Below, in pieces: positions 1 through 11,880 of a stretch of 64,000 nt of DNA. Every line of letters starts with the position of its first letter. Position 1 is the first letter of the stretch. The notes beneath the pieces are model-generated. The model was given only the letters and a program-made list of their open reading frames with translations. It was not told where the DNA came from and did not search any database. The position numbers and the translations under genes were made by a program. Origin of the DNA: Eledone cirrhosa (taxonomy: Eukaryota); assembly GCA_964016885.1 (NCBI GenBank), contig OZ024743.1, positions 125,674,001-125,738,000 on the forward strand, given 5' to 3'.

Positions 1-1469
1 AACAGTGGCTCACAATGTGTTTGCTGTGCCTGTCCTAACACCAACGTTTGGAATACTCAATTGGACAATAGACGAAATCCGAGCAGTTGATGTTGGAACT
101 CGAAAAATACTAAACAACACCGGAAACTTCCACATCAACAGTGACATAGACCGCCTTTACTTGAAACGTAAGCAGGGAGGCAGAGGCCTAACATCAGTCC
201 AGACAGCATTTGAATGTCGCATCATATCTCTCCGACAACACCTACGGACCTCGAAGCGTAGGAGCCCGTCTCTCGAGCAAGTCTATCTGCATGAAACAGA
301 TAAGATCATGAGAGTTGGTAAGGAACTCCTCGAGAGATATTCCCTGTGTGATAATCAAAAACTCACACCCAGGGAAGTCGCTCAGCAGTATCGCAGTGAA
401 TCCATGGATGAAAAACTGCATGCTTATCAGCAAAAAATCATGCATGGATATGTTGCCAGGAAGCTCCAGAGTGAGAGTAATATAGATAAGGAAAGTAGTC
501 TATCTTGGACCAACAACCGCTATATTGGCTCCCACTTTGAAGGATACGCTTTTGCAATCCAAGAACAGGAGATTAACACGAAATACCTGATTCACAAAAG
601 AGATAGGGATGCGGGCAAAACACCTAGATGTGGTAACAAGTGCAGACTCTGCAGAACTAACATCGAGGATATCACCCATGTCATCAGCAGCTCTCCAAAG
701 ATGTCATCGCGGTACTATCTACCTATGAGGTATGATGTAGTGGCCAAAACACTGTACAATGCAGTTCGTAAAAAAGATAGCCCCGATAATAAACACATTA
801 AAAGCTACTAAAAGCTACAGCAATGTGGAAGACATCCATGTACATAATATGAAAGAGTACTGGTGGAATGTTCCAGTAAAAACCCCATTAAAATGCAGGC
901 ATAACAGACCAGATATTATGATATGGGACAGGGAGAAGAAAGCATGCACCGTAGTGGAAATTAGCTGCCCAGCAGATGCCAATATAATATCAAAGATTAG
1001 CAAAAAGGAGAATATTTATGCAGAACTGATGAGAAATCTGCAGATACTCTACCCTGATTACACCTTCAGATTTGTGCCTGTGATTATTGGGGCACTGGGG
1101 TATGTTAATAACTGCCTCAATACAAATATTGAGAAGCTAGGCTTCACAGGAACAGAAAGAACACAACTAGTTAGGAAATTACAAGTAAAATCCATTAATG
1201 GAACAGTAAAAATATGTAAAACATTCCAAAAATGTTGCATCTAATAACTGCATATACATATGTACAGATACAAAGCATATACACATGCACACATACAACT
1301 CAAAACATACACTTCCATACATACAATAACATCCATATCTACACATGCATGCATACATAATCTACCTAGTTGATGTTGTGTAAATTCCAATGAGAGAGTC
1401 TTGTGTCTATGTTAGAAACCGACTCTCTCTCTATTGGGAAAAAAATTGTGAAATTATAAAACCAGAAGA
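1..1469 (+). mobile_element. R4/Dong-clade non-LTR retrotransposon (RLE type), 3' portion, copy 1; frameshifted
   Basis: ORFs 5-811 and 759-1244 contain RLYLKRKQGGRGL, a CxxC..H zinc knuckle, RPD..D..K...VEI (PD-(D/E)xK endonuclease) and VPVIIGALG. A 10-bp duplication (taaaagctac, 799-818) breaks the frame. Confidence 0.88.
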
Positions 1470-1479
1470 ATATACATAC

Positions 1480-2828
1480 ATCCCACTTTGAAGGATATGC
1501 TGTTGGAATCCAAGAACAGGAAATGAACACAAAATACCTGATTCACAAAAGAGATAGGGATGCAGGCAAAACACATAGATGTGACTACAAGTGCAGACTC
1601 TGCAGAACTAACATCGAAGATGTCACCCATGTCATAAGCAGCTGTCCAAAAATGTCATCGTGGTACTATCTACCTATGAGGCATGATGTAGTGGCCAAAA
1701 CACTGTACAATGCAATCCATAGAAAAGATAGCCCCAATAATAAACACATTAAAAGCTACAGCAATGTGAAAGACATATATATATACATAATATGAAAGAG
1801 TACTGGTGGAATCATCATCATCATCATCACCGTTTTTCATCCGTTCTTCCACGCTAGTATGGGTTAGATGGGTTGTCCTGTTGTGGGAAGTAGTCGGTCG
1901 GCTGACCATGCCTTGCTCATACAGGAACTGATTTTGGCTTGATTTCTACAGCTGGATGCCCTTCCTAACACCAACATCATTTACAGTGAGTGATGGGTGC
2001 TTTTTTACCGTGGCGCCTACACGTCCACTTTACAGTGTGGGCAGGGTGCTTTTTTTCCATGGCACCTCCACGACCACTTTGCAGTGGGAGGGTGTGGGGA
2101 CATATTGTCTATATGCTTCAGCTTCGGCTTGTACCCGTGGGGGGGGGGGTCTTCTCTATTACTGTGTGACGCCAGAGGTCACGGTCGTGTGTCATCGCCT
2201 TTGAGAGGTGTAATTGGGTAAGGTTCAATAAAATGCAGGCATAACAGAACAGACCAGATATAATGATATGGGACAGCGAAAAGAAGGCATGCACAGTAGT
2301 GGAAGTTAACTGCCCAGCAGATGCCAATATAATATCAAAGATTAGCGAAAAGGAGAATATTTATACAGAACTGATGAGAAATCTGCAGATACTCCACCCT
2401 GACCATACCTTCAGATTTATACCTGTAATTATTGGGGCACTGGGATATGTTAGTAACTGCCTCATACAAATCTTGAGAAGCTAGGCTTCACAGGAACAGA
2501 AAGAACACAACTAGTTAGGAAATTACAAGTAAAATCCATTAATGGAACAGTAAAAGTATGTAAAACATTCCAAAAATTCTGCATCTAATAACTGCATGTA
2601 CACATGTATAGATACAAAGCATATACACATGCACACATATAACTCAAAACATCCACATCCACACATACAATAACATCCATATCTACACACATATATGCAT
2701 GAGGACATGCATACATATCTACCTAGTTGATGTTGTGTAAATTCCAATGAGAGAGTCTTGTGTCTATGTTAGAAACCAACACTCTCTCTATTTGGCAAAA
2801 AATTTGTGAAATTATAAAACTAGAAGAA
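1480..2828 (+). mobile_element. R4/Dong-clade LINE copy 2, 5'-truncated, interrupted by an RTE-tail repeat
   Basis: Aligns to copy 1 from about 530 to 1469; ORFs 1523-1795 and 2263-2484; same 3'UTR. Confidence 0.88.
1812..2222 (-). mobile_element. RTE-3'UTR-derived non-autonomous repeat with (GAT)n tail
   Basis: Reverse complement carries taggaagggcatccagc, cccatactagcgtggaa and (gat)n, as in LINE 3' end 28050-28368. Confidence 0.8.
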
Positions 2829-2901
2829 CATACATACATACATACATACATACATACATACATACATACATACATACATACATACATACATACATACATA
2901 C
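2829..2901. repeat. (CATA)n microsatellite
   Basis: About 18 perfect units directly after the R4 3' end. Confidence 0.95.
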
Positions 2902-4931
2902 CTGCATGCATGCAAACATGATTGCTTCATCTTGTCAGATGATAACCATCTCAACTTCAACTCAATTATCCCTGCAAGTCTACACCTTCCCATGTACATG
3001 GAGGTGGTCTTTCAATCCAGCAACAAAAGGCAAAACCATGACCCTACCCCCAAGTAGCAACAACACTCTAACAAAGGACACATCAGCACAGGTAACTGGG
3101 GAACCATCAAAGCTACAGAGGTGACAGTATTTCTTTGGTGCAAATTTGCGTAACACCCCAATAGCTGCAGCAATGACCCAATGTCTATATGGCGCCAGCC
3201 TGCATTGGCTGTATAGATAGAATGACAGATGACAAGATTGCAAAAAGGACATCTGTACATTATGGATTGTAGTGACAAATGCTTGTACAACACAAGTGCC
3301 ACTCTCTAAGACCCAGTAATAATTTCTGATCACAATCCTTAGCAAGATGACCAGTAATTATGAAAACCACAGGTTTCACTTCAGAATTTCCCTCTCTTAA
3401 AAGAATGCCATAACAACAGCTAGGGGTCCTTCACTCCTAGTGAACTTACTGCACTCTATGACACCAATCAGGGGGATTTCTGAGTTCCTGTGCACAGATA
3501 GGTTGTCATAATTAAGTCTAAGGAGTCCTATCTACCCTATTTTTCAAATCAGAGTGACCCATCTCATGGGCAGATTGCCACCCAAGGCTGACAAGTTCTG
3601 TCTACTTGAAGCAACTAATTTTAAGACACCAAGAATTCACCTTTTCCCTTTTGTCCTTGTCAGTTCCAAAAATCTCTACCATGGGAAGGCCAGGAGCTGG
3701 GCTTCAGTTGTCAGAGGTTATATGAGACATAAGTTGTTTTAGTAGGGAGTAGATTCTCAGGCCTACTCCCACCTCAGCAATGATAACCTTAAGAGATACA
3801 TACATACATGATGGCCACAACTTGATTTCAAGCAATGTCATTGCTTGATACTCCTCTTAAGCATGAGCAGTATAGACATTGCTTTTTAATCTCACTAGGG
3901 AACCGCACACCTTGCACAGCCGTGGCAATGATGGGGGTTTCTTGCTGTAGGTGTTACAATGCTGCTTTAGGGCACTTTCATATGATGTTTCAGTCCACTA
4001 ACTAAGGCATACTCCCTGCAAACAGAAATGCCATACAATGCCAAGACAGTGTCTTTGTGTGTGTGGCTTCTTTGATGACGTCTAAAGCCTGCCTTACTGA
4101 GACAACCAACATTCTTTACAAGTTAAATCAATCTGCATGCCAAGATACTCAGGCCAACTGACCTTAAGGCACTAACAAGCACACCACTTGAGCTGTTTAT
4201 GCTCAACATAGTTTCTTTCAAATTCTCCTCTCCCATCATGCACTGTCTTCCTCCAGGGAAGGTGACCTAGAGTGAAGTTCTCCCAGTCATTCTCTAATAT
4301 TTTCATCTTCTCCAGTGTGCTTTTAATACAATCCTTGTACCTAATGACTCTGTCAATTTGCCATCAATTTTATTAAAGATGCCTTATTTTGCAGAATCCT
4401 AGAATAATTTTGTGGACCCCCAACTTCGAAAAACTTTGCTGTAACTCTTTTATCTTGACATCACAGAATATATTATAATTATTTTGGGCAAGATGCTACT
4501 GGCTCATCACCAGGTTTTGCTGCTCAAGGAAACTTCAGAACATTTTTTATATATTCTGTTTTCTTAATTTTAGGGTACACCACTGAAAAGCAGGAAGGTA
4601 ATGCCATTTAGTTTATCCCCTTGGTAATGGGCCTGAGTCAGTATAATATAAATGAGGACCCCAGGAGTGAAATTACAGTAAAGTAGAGTAAGAACAACAA
4701 AACAGTTTACAATTTTACCTTATATTTCAAGATTAGGACCGCTTTCTCAAAAGAAAGGAAATAAAAAGTGGTGTTCATGTCAAACAGTACTCTACTGCAG
4801 AAAGTACTTTCTCAAAACAATCGCATATCTCACAATAATTCATATAAACTATATATAATTCTTTAGAGATTGTCAATATTGTTCAGGTAAAGTTACTTTT
4901 CCACATGAATATTTGTGACATTATTGGATCA

Positions 4932-5106
4932 TGGCAGTATCGGTAGAGGGTCGGACGTCATGCTTTCCAGCATAGTTACGTCCCTTTACGATCTGAGTTC
5001 AAATCCCGCCGAGGTTGACTTTGCCTTTCATCCTTACGGGGTTCGATAAAATAAAGTACCAGTAATGCACTGGGTAATTGCTGGCCTTGTGCCTAAAGTA
5101 GAAACA
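4932..5106 (+). mobile_element. tRNA-derived SINE (MetaSINE-like core) with 12-bp TSD; family has many copies in window (e.g. ~5780-6020, 9885-10095, 10412-10600, 19525-19685, 21020-21205, 35470-35695, 50330-50545, 54360-54562, 56395-56612, 58098-58277)
   Basis: A-box-like ggcagtatcggtag, B-box gagttcaaatcc, core gccgaggttgactttgcctttcatcc...gataaaataaagtaccag, tail gctggccttgtgcctaaagtagaaac; TSD attattggatca at 4920-4931 and 5107-5118. Confidence 0.85.
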
Positions 5107-5410
5107 ATTATTGGATCAACTATGGTCGTCAATTTCGTAGTCATTAGTGTGTTGGATATTTGTTCTGGGTTTTTCAGTTAAAATCCTGCCATGGTTCACA
5201 TTGCTTTCATCCTTTCAGTGATAATAAAGAGAGTAGCAGCCCAATATTGGTGCAGCTCACTCTCTTTCCTGTTATCAATTTCTGAATGTTATGCTGGATC
5301 AAGGGAAAGTAGGTTGAGGGAGTGTCTGAGCCTGTTCATGACTGCATGAGCACCTAAAAAACTTCAGCAGAAGCATGGTACATTTTACCAACTGATACTC
5401 AATAAACCTT

Positions 5411-5480
5411 ACACTAACCGTAACCCCCAACCATAACACTAACCCTAACCCTAACCCTAAATCAAACTCAAACCCTAACC
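5411..5480 (+). repeat. Degenerate interstitial (CCCTAA)n telomere-like tract
   Basis: taaccc/taaccg/caaccc hexamer units. Confidence 0.75.
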
Positions 5481-6829
5481 CCAACCCTAACATTAACCCT
5501 GTCTTACATGGTTTGAGATTCATTAAATATACATGCCTAGCTTTGGTGTTGATCAATGTAAAAAATGAGAAACATCTATAAGTTCACGCTCCAATTAATG
5601 TAAATTTCCATCTGATTAATTGTATTCATTGTTGTCATGGCAAACTTTTGACAACACTAACAATAAATACGAGGTCTTTGAAATTCTACATGGTTACTCA
5701 ACCTGCTGGAAATAACAGCCAAATTTCCCTGAAATCACACCTTACCATCTTATATTAGAACTGGATGCATTAAATAATTGTTTCTACTTTAGGAAGAAGG
5801 CCAGCAATTTGAAGGGAAGGGAGTAAATTAAATCAACCCCCAGTATGTTTCTGTTACTTAATCTCATCCTTTTTACTGTTACTTAACTTTATTGACCCCA
5901 CAAGGATGAAAGGTAAAGCTAACCTCAGTAAGATTTGAACTCAGAACATAAAGGGATGTAAGTATATACCGGAAATCATGTTGTCCAACACTCTATCAAC
6001 ACTGCCAATCCACCTCCCTCTATGTAGTTCTATATGCCTGGTGGATGGTTGTGTATGGATAGATCAGAGTTTTTCACCTTTTTTTTTTTTCTGCGACCTA
6101 CAGCAAACCATTTTTGCTGATTTTTGCCTACTTTTGTCAATTTTTTTCTTAATGTCGTAACTCATTAATGAGTTGGGTTACACAGATTGAAAACCCCTGC
6201 CTTACGAGTGTAGGTTGACTATGATGGAGTGATGCTAGAGCAATGAAATTTTGCATGCATTCATTTCAATTCTTCTTATTAATATCTGCATTGATTCTTT
6301 CCAGGGATTATATTGAAAAATAAACTTCATTTGGTAATTCCATAAGAGTATCTTGGTCAGCATATGAACTTTTCAGCTGACCCTTCTAGATCATGTCTGC
6401 TTCTTAAGGTTGACTTGGGCTAAATAAGAACAACACTGTTCTTCAAACAGTAATAACTCATCTAATTGTATCTGCAGCATTAAATCTTCAGCTGCTATTA
6501 TATGTGTGCTCATGCATTCCATATTTAGCATGGTTTCTTTGTCCTGATGCCTTTCCTAATGCCAATCACTTTACAGAATGTACTTGATACAGCATTATGC
6601 ACTAACACCAGCATTATGACTTTACAGAATGTACAGTGTACATTTTATTGTGGCACTAGCACTAGAGAGATTGTCATGTACTCAGAAAAACTAACGGGTC
6701 CTCTGTGCACTATATTGTCCCCATGTGATTGCCAACCACTTTACAGATGTGTCTACATTCAATAACCACAAATGACTATATTTGAGAGTAATCAAAGGAA
6801 AGTATAAGTTGTTTTCATTTGTTCTTGCC

Positions 6830-7045
6830 TTAACCCTTTAGCACTTAAACCGGCTGTATCCGGCCAGAATTCTCTCATCTCTTTCTGTTGAAACCAGCTT
6901 TAATTGGCTTTAAGGTTTTGTTCTCAAAATAAATAATATCAAAATCTCATAGATTCGATATTATGTGAAATAATTATGTGAGATAAAGCCCTTACTGCGA
7001 AAATACAATAGTTTATATAGAGTAATGTAAATGTTGAAGGGTTTA
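6830..7045 (+). mobile_element. TTAA-ended piggyBac-like MITE (related copies 20184-20410 inverted, 61063-61258 truncated)
   Basis: ttaaccctttag...aagggtt ends; shared interior ctcatagattcgatattatgtg. Confidence 0.7.
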
Positions 7046-7782
7046 TATCATCATCATCATTATCATCATATATAGTATGTAAAGTTTGTAGATGTTTTTA
7101 TGTAACAACCATCTCAGTTAAATTTTCTTTGTGTTCTTTGATATTATGATCTGTTCATGAAATACTTTGGCTTCTGTTAGATATTTATGTTAGGATGTTA
7201 GATTCTGTAAGATAGAGAGTTATGTTAAGGAGATAACACAAGTCCAAGCTGTTTGGCAATATGCCATTATACAAAAGACCTGCCTTCCTGTACAAGTACT
7301 GCCACACAAAAACTAAAAGTAAATATAGCAAGTGACAGTGTTAGTGATTAAAGAGAGACAATAAAAGGTTTGAGAGAGCTCTTTAGTTTGGATGAGCATG
7401 TAACAACCTCTCTAGTTTTGGTGCCATGATAAAATGCATCCAGTACACTTTGTAAAGTGGTAAGGGTGGTGCCCCAACAAACACACCAGTAGATCCTTTA
7501 AGATGGTTGGCATAAGGAGGCCATGCCAAATATGGAATGTATGAGCAAGATGGGACAATCCACCCTGGTAATTTGTCCAACTCCTGCCAACATGGAAGGT
7601 AGACATAAATGATGATGAGGATAATGATAATACATATGTAAATAAAGTTATTCCCTCCTCATTCGCTAGCTAGCTACATATTCTTTCAACATCACTAACT
7701 GTGGTGTTTAAATAACTTGCTCTTTTCATTCTGAAATAGAATATTTTTGTTCCATTGTGTGTATTTACACTTTTATTTATTA

Positions 7783-8901
7783 CTAGCTGAATTATCCGGC
7801 GTTGCCCGGGTTACTGCTGTTCTTATTCAGATTAGTAAACAATAAATATGAAGATATATTTTTTTTCCTCATAATTATTTCAAAATATCTAGATTTTGTT
7901 AAAAAAAATATCAAAATTGTAATGATAATAGAATTTAGAAATGAAAATCTGTCAGTCTTGAAGCACCTTAGGGTAAACAATATTCCCTGTGTAATTCATG
8001 TATGTGTGTATTTAATAACATACCTAATGAATGTGCAAACACATACATATTCATATACAAAATGTGACATTGTTGTGTTGTTTTCTATTGTTTTAATCCA
8101 AATGATACACACTCACACACACATACACTCACATACACTCACACACATTCTCACATACATATACTACTAAGACAGGCACACACAGACATACATTCACGCA
8201 CACCTGTCTGTCATCACATATGTATCTGTATGTGTAGATGTGTGTGTGTGTGTGTTTAATTGTCTGTGTGTGAAGATAATGTGTATGCAACTTACTAAGG
8301 CTATATGTATGTGTAGATGTGTGTATGTTTAATTCTCTGAGGCCTAACGTACCTCACAAACACACACACACTCAGACACATACACACTCATATACAAAAT
8401 ATGACGTCATGGGGGTGGTGGTGGTGGTTGACTAAAGAAAATATCGTTATGTCAGTCAACACACATACACTCACACACATAGACTCTAACATACATATAC
8501 TAAGACAGACACATGCACATACAAAATGTGACGTCTACACTCTCACACACACTCATACACATTATGCGTATGTATGTGTAGATGTGGGTGTGTTTAATTC
8601 TCTGAGGCTTAACGTACATAATGAACTCACAAACAAACACTCACTCACAGACACATACACACTCATATACAAAATGTGACGTCATAGTGGTGGTGGTAGT
8701 TTACTATGGTTGACTATAAAAATATTATTTTAGATAAAATCTTATATTGTTTTAATCCAAATGAAAATAAAAATTACATGTTGACACTTCCGGGGTCTAT
8801 TACCTTGTAAAATTTGATTTGATTTTGTTTAGCCGTTTGAGAATGCATAGGAACAGACAGTCAGACAGACAGAGAGACAAAGAATTTTATATATATAGAG
8901 A
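7783..8901 (-). mobile_element. Non-autonomous Helitron
   Basis: Minus strand: 5' A|TCTCTATATATATAAAA; 3' cccgggcaacgccgga hairpin then CTAG|T; no TSD; internal CA-rich duplications. Confidence 0.82.
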
Positions 8902-10689
8902 TTGAACATTTGACCTGCTAGAAACAGCAGCCAAACCTCCTTCAAATCATACCCTACTACCTCAAAAGAAAGGTACATTGTAAACTGAAATTCAGAATAT
9001 ACTACTCCTAAAATATCAATGGTTATTTTATATTTAATATCTTTGATCATAAGTCTGTTTGATCAGGATCTACATGTGGCTAAACAAAAACAACAACCAC
9101 TACCACTGCTGCTGCTGATGATGATGATTCTAAAACATGTTATGAAACAATATGTTAAAATATTTTCAAATCAAAATATCTGAAACCACCCTTGTTTTTA
9201 TAATACAAAACTGTATATTTATTTAAAAACACTCTTGTATCACCTTTGTTAAGTTGTATTTCAAATACCAGCTTTATAACGAGGAAGTTAGTTAAATCTT
9301 TCTAAATTCTTGATTATTTTCAAAATTATTTGAAAATCTTAGGCTGTTTGTTTCTTTAAAAATATATTAATGAAAAAATTAAGGTGTTACCAGTGAGTCC
9401 TCAAATTTGTCCCCTCCCCTAGGAAAATACAACATAATATATAACAAAAATACCTCCAAGAAGAAAATACCCATGGCAGATTGACCCTCATCTAGTTATA
9501 TATACTATTGGATGTTATCTACTGTCTTTCGTATAATCATTGAAAAATTTTGCAAATTAATTGTCAAACTAAATGTCTATCTATTAAATGTGGAGAGTCC
9601 AATTGTTTATTTATATATTATTACCTGGACCTGTAGAACTATGGTTGGTCATAACTAAGGCACGATAATTATATTAACTTATATTTGTACAATCACACAA
9701 CATTGTTAAAGTAATTTATTACATGTGTATGGATAGATGAGAAACCTTCCTTACCATAGCAACCACCACCATCCCCACTACCTCTATTGACCAGTAATCT
9801 TGCTGAAAATGCAGCCTCTGCAGTTCCTACTGTATCACATATATGTGTGTATGTATGTGTATGGTTATAGGTCCATAAATAATGATTTCTGATTTAGGCA
9901 CAAGGCCAGCAATTTTATAGAGGGGGGGGGGGCGATTAAATCAATCCCAATGTGTTACTGGTGCTTTATTTTATCGACTCCGTACGGGTGAACGGCAAAG
10001 CTAACCTCGGCGGGATTTGAACTGAGAATGTAAAGAGCCGTAACTCTATGCTGCAAAGCAGGGTGTCCTAAGCTCTACCGATACTGCCAATCAGCTGTTC
10101 TCGCTGTTACCTCTTTCTTTTTGCTTTTTCCTTCAAACACATGATGTACTATAAATAAATGGCCTTTTTCTTCTGCCTTTCACTGTTACCATTTTAACTC
10201 TAATCTCTCTCTTTTGACCTCTTCCTTCAGCCCTATAATATATAACCTGTAATTTATAATCCTGTAAGTAAATAACCTTCCCTTTTTTCTGCCTCTGACC
10301 ATTAAACACTCTGATAAACACTCTTCTCGCTCTCTCTTTTGCTTCTTCTATTAATTATACTGTAAGTAAAAAGTTTTCTCATTCTTCTGCCTCTCATTAT
10401 TACCACTTTCAGTAGATTGGGAGTATTGGTATAGGGTTGGTCACCATGCTTTGTGTGATAGAGTTACGGCCCATTACTGTCTGAGTTAAAATCCCGCCGA
10501 GGTTAACCTTACCTTTCATCCTTACAGGGTCAATAAAATAAAGTTCCAATAATGCACTGGGGTAATTGCTGGCCTTGTGCCAAAAGTAGAAACAGTTATT
10601 ATCACTTTCAGTTTGATACATTTCTCTTTCTCTTTTTGATTCTTCATGCATCTATATAACATACATACATATATACATGCATAAGAATA

Positions 10690-10965
10690 TGTGGAGGCAC
10701 AGGACCTCGTAGTAAGAGTGTTGGACAAGCATATTGTTGTGGGTTTGATTCCTGGGTTGCGTGTTGTGTTCTTGAGCAAAACACTTCATTTCACGTTGCT
10801 CCAGTATACTCAGCTGAAAATGAGTACCAACAATAGCTGGGGGTTTAACCCTGTGATGGACTGGTGTCCTGTCCAGGGGGTAGTATTTTACTCTCAGTCA
10901 CTTTGAAACCGGGATAAGCACCAGCCAAATGAGCTTTCTGGCTTAAGACAGACTTTAGACTTTTT
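10690..10965 (+). mobile_element. Second tRNA-derived SINE family (CORE-like; also ~18700-18975 + and ~58985-59245 -)
   Basis: B-box-like gggtttgattcc, then gtgttgtgttcttgagcaaaacacttcatttcac and aaccctgtgatggactggtgtcctgtccagggg. Confidence 0.7.
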
Positions 10966-11564
10966 TAGACATAAGCATATTAATATTGTAGATTTATTTT
11001 TGTTACAAAATAAGAATCTATTAATATATAACTACACTTTCTTTGGAGAACTCTCAATTTATTTAACAACAGGTTTCTCACTTTAGATTATTCATGAGAC
11101 AAAATTATGTATTTTGTTCTCACAATGCATAAAAATTATGAAAACACTGTAGAATTAATCTTGTGTTCTTTATAAATTAAAATGTTATGGGTAGTGGGTG
11201 GTTCTTTTAGGGTGTAATTGGTTAACATCAAGGCATCGATTAGTGTTACCATGATTGCAGCATCGACTGTAACTAAACATGTCTTATATTCAGACATGGC
11301 TGTAACACACTGTGTCACACTGAATCATCATGAGTATTAGGTTAAGAGTAAACTTACATGTTAATTTGTGAGTTGGACATTCAGTTGAACAAACAACTGA
11401 ATACTCATCGTTGAAAATGGAGGTTCCATCATCATTAGCTTTGCCTTTCGTCCTTATGGGGTCAATGAAATAAAGCACTGGGGCCCATTTAATCAACTTT
11501 CACCTTCTCAAAAATGGTTGGCTTTGTGCCTAAAGTAGAAATGGTTATTATTATTACTATTATT

Positions 11565-11880
11565 ATTTTCTTGGAGTCTCAATCATTGATTTTATTTAAT
11601 TGGAAAGTTTGTTCAAATGAACATCAAGCTGCTACCTGCAGCCTCAGACATTCAGGACATGTTGGAGGATTCTTGCTGTTCTCAGCAAGCATGCCTTTTG
11701 AAGTGTTCCAAAAAATGGAGCTGGACTAATATTCTTTAACCATCCTTGAAAACTCTTCGAGATAGTACCTAGTGCTCCTATGACAATCAGGAAGACCTTG
11801 ATCTCATGACAGTCCCAAATCCTTTTTAGTTCCCACTTTAATCTCTGATATTGGTTAATTTTCTCTTTCTACTTTTCTTG
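11565..11880 (-). mobile_element. 3' fragment of a different R4/Dong family ending in (AAT)n
   Basis: Minus-strand translation IVIGALGTISKSFQGWLKNI...LQKACLLRTARILQHVL*; 3'UTR runs into aataatagtaataataat. Confidence 0.72.

Noticed and set aside
2906-4330. Possible decayed LINE or other coding sequence on the minus strand
   Set aside because: Only vague hints (CPFC..WRH); no motif set convincing enough to name a family.
4932-5010. tRNA gene
   Set aside because: A/B-box-like motifs belong to SINE heads; there is no cloverleaf, and they are followed by SINE core and tail.
11136-11420. Possible exon (gtaag donor on minus strand at 11353-11357)
   Set aside because: No clear acceptor, no recognisable peptide and no partner exons.
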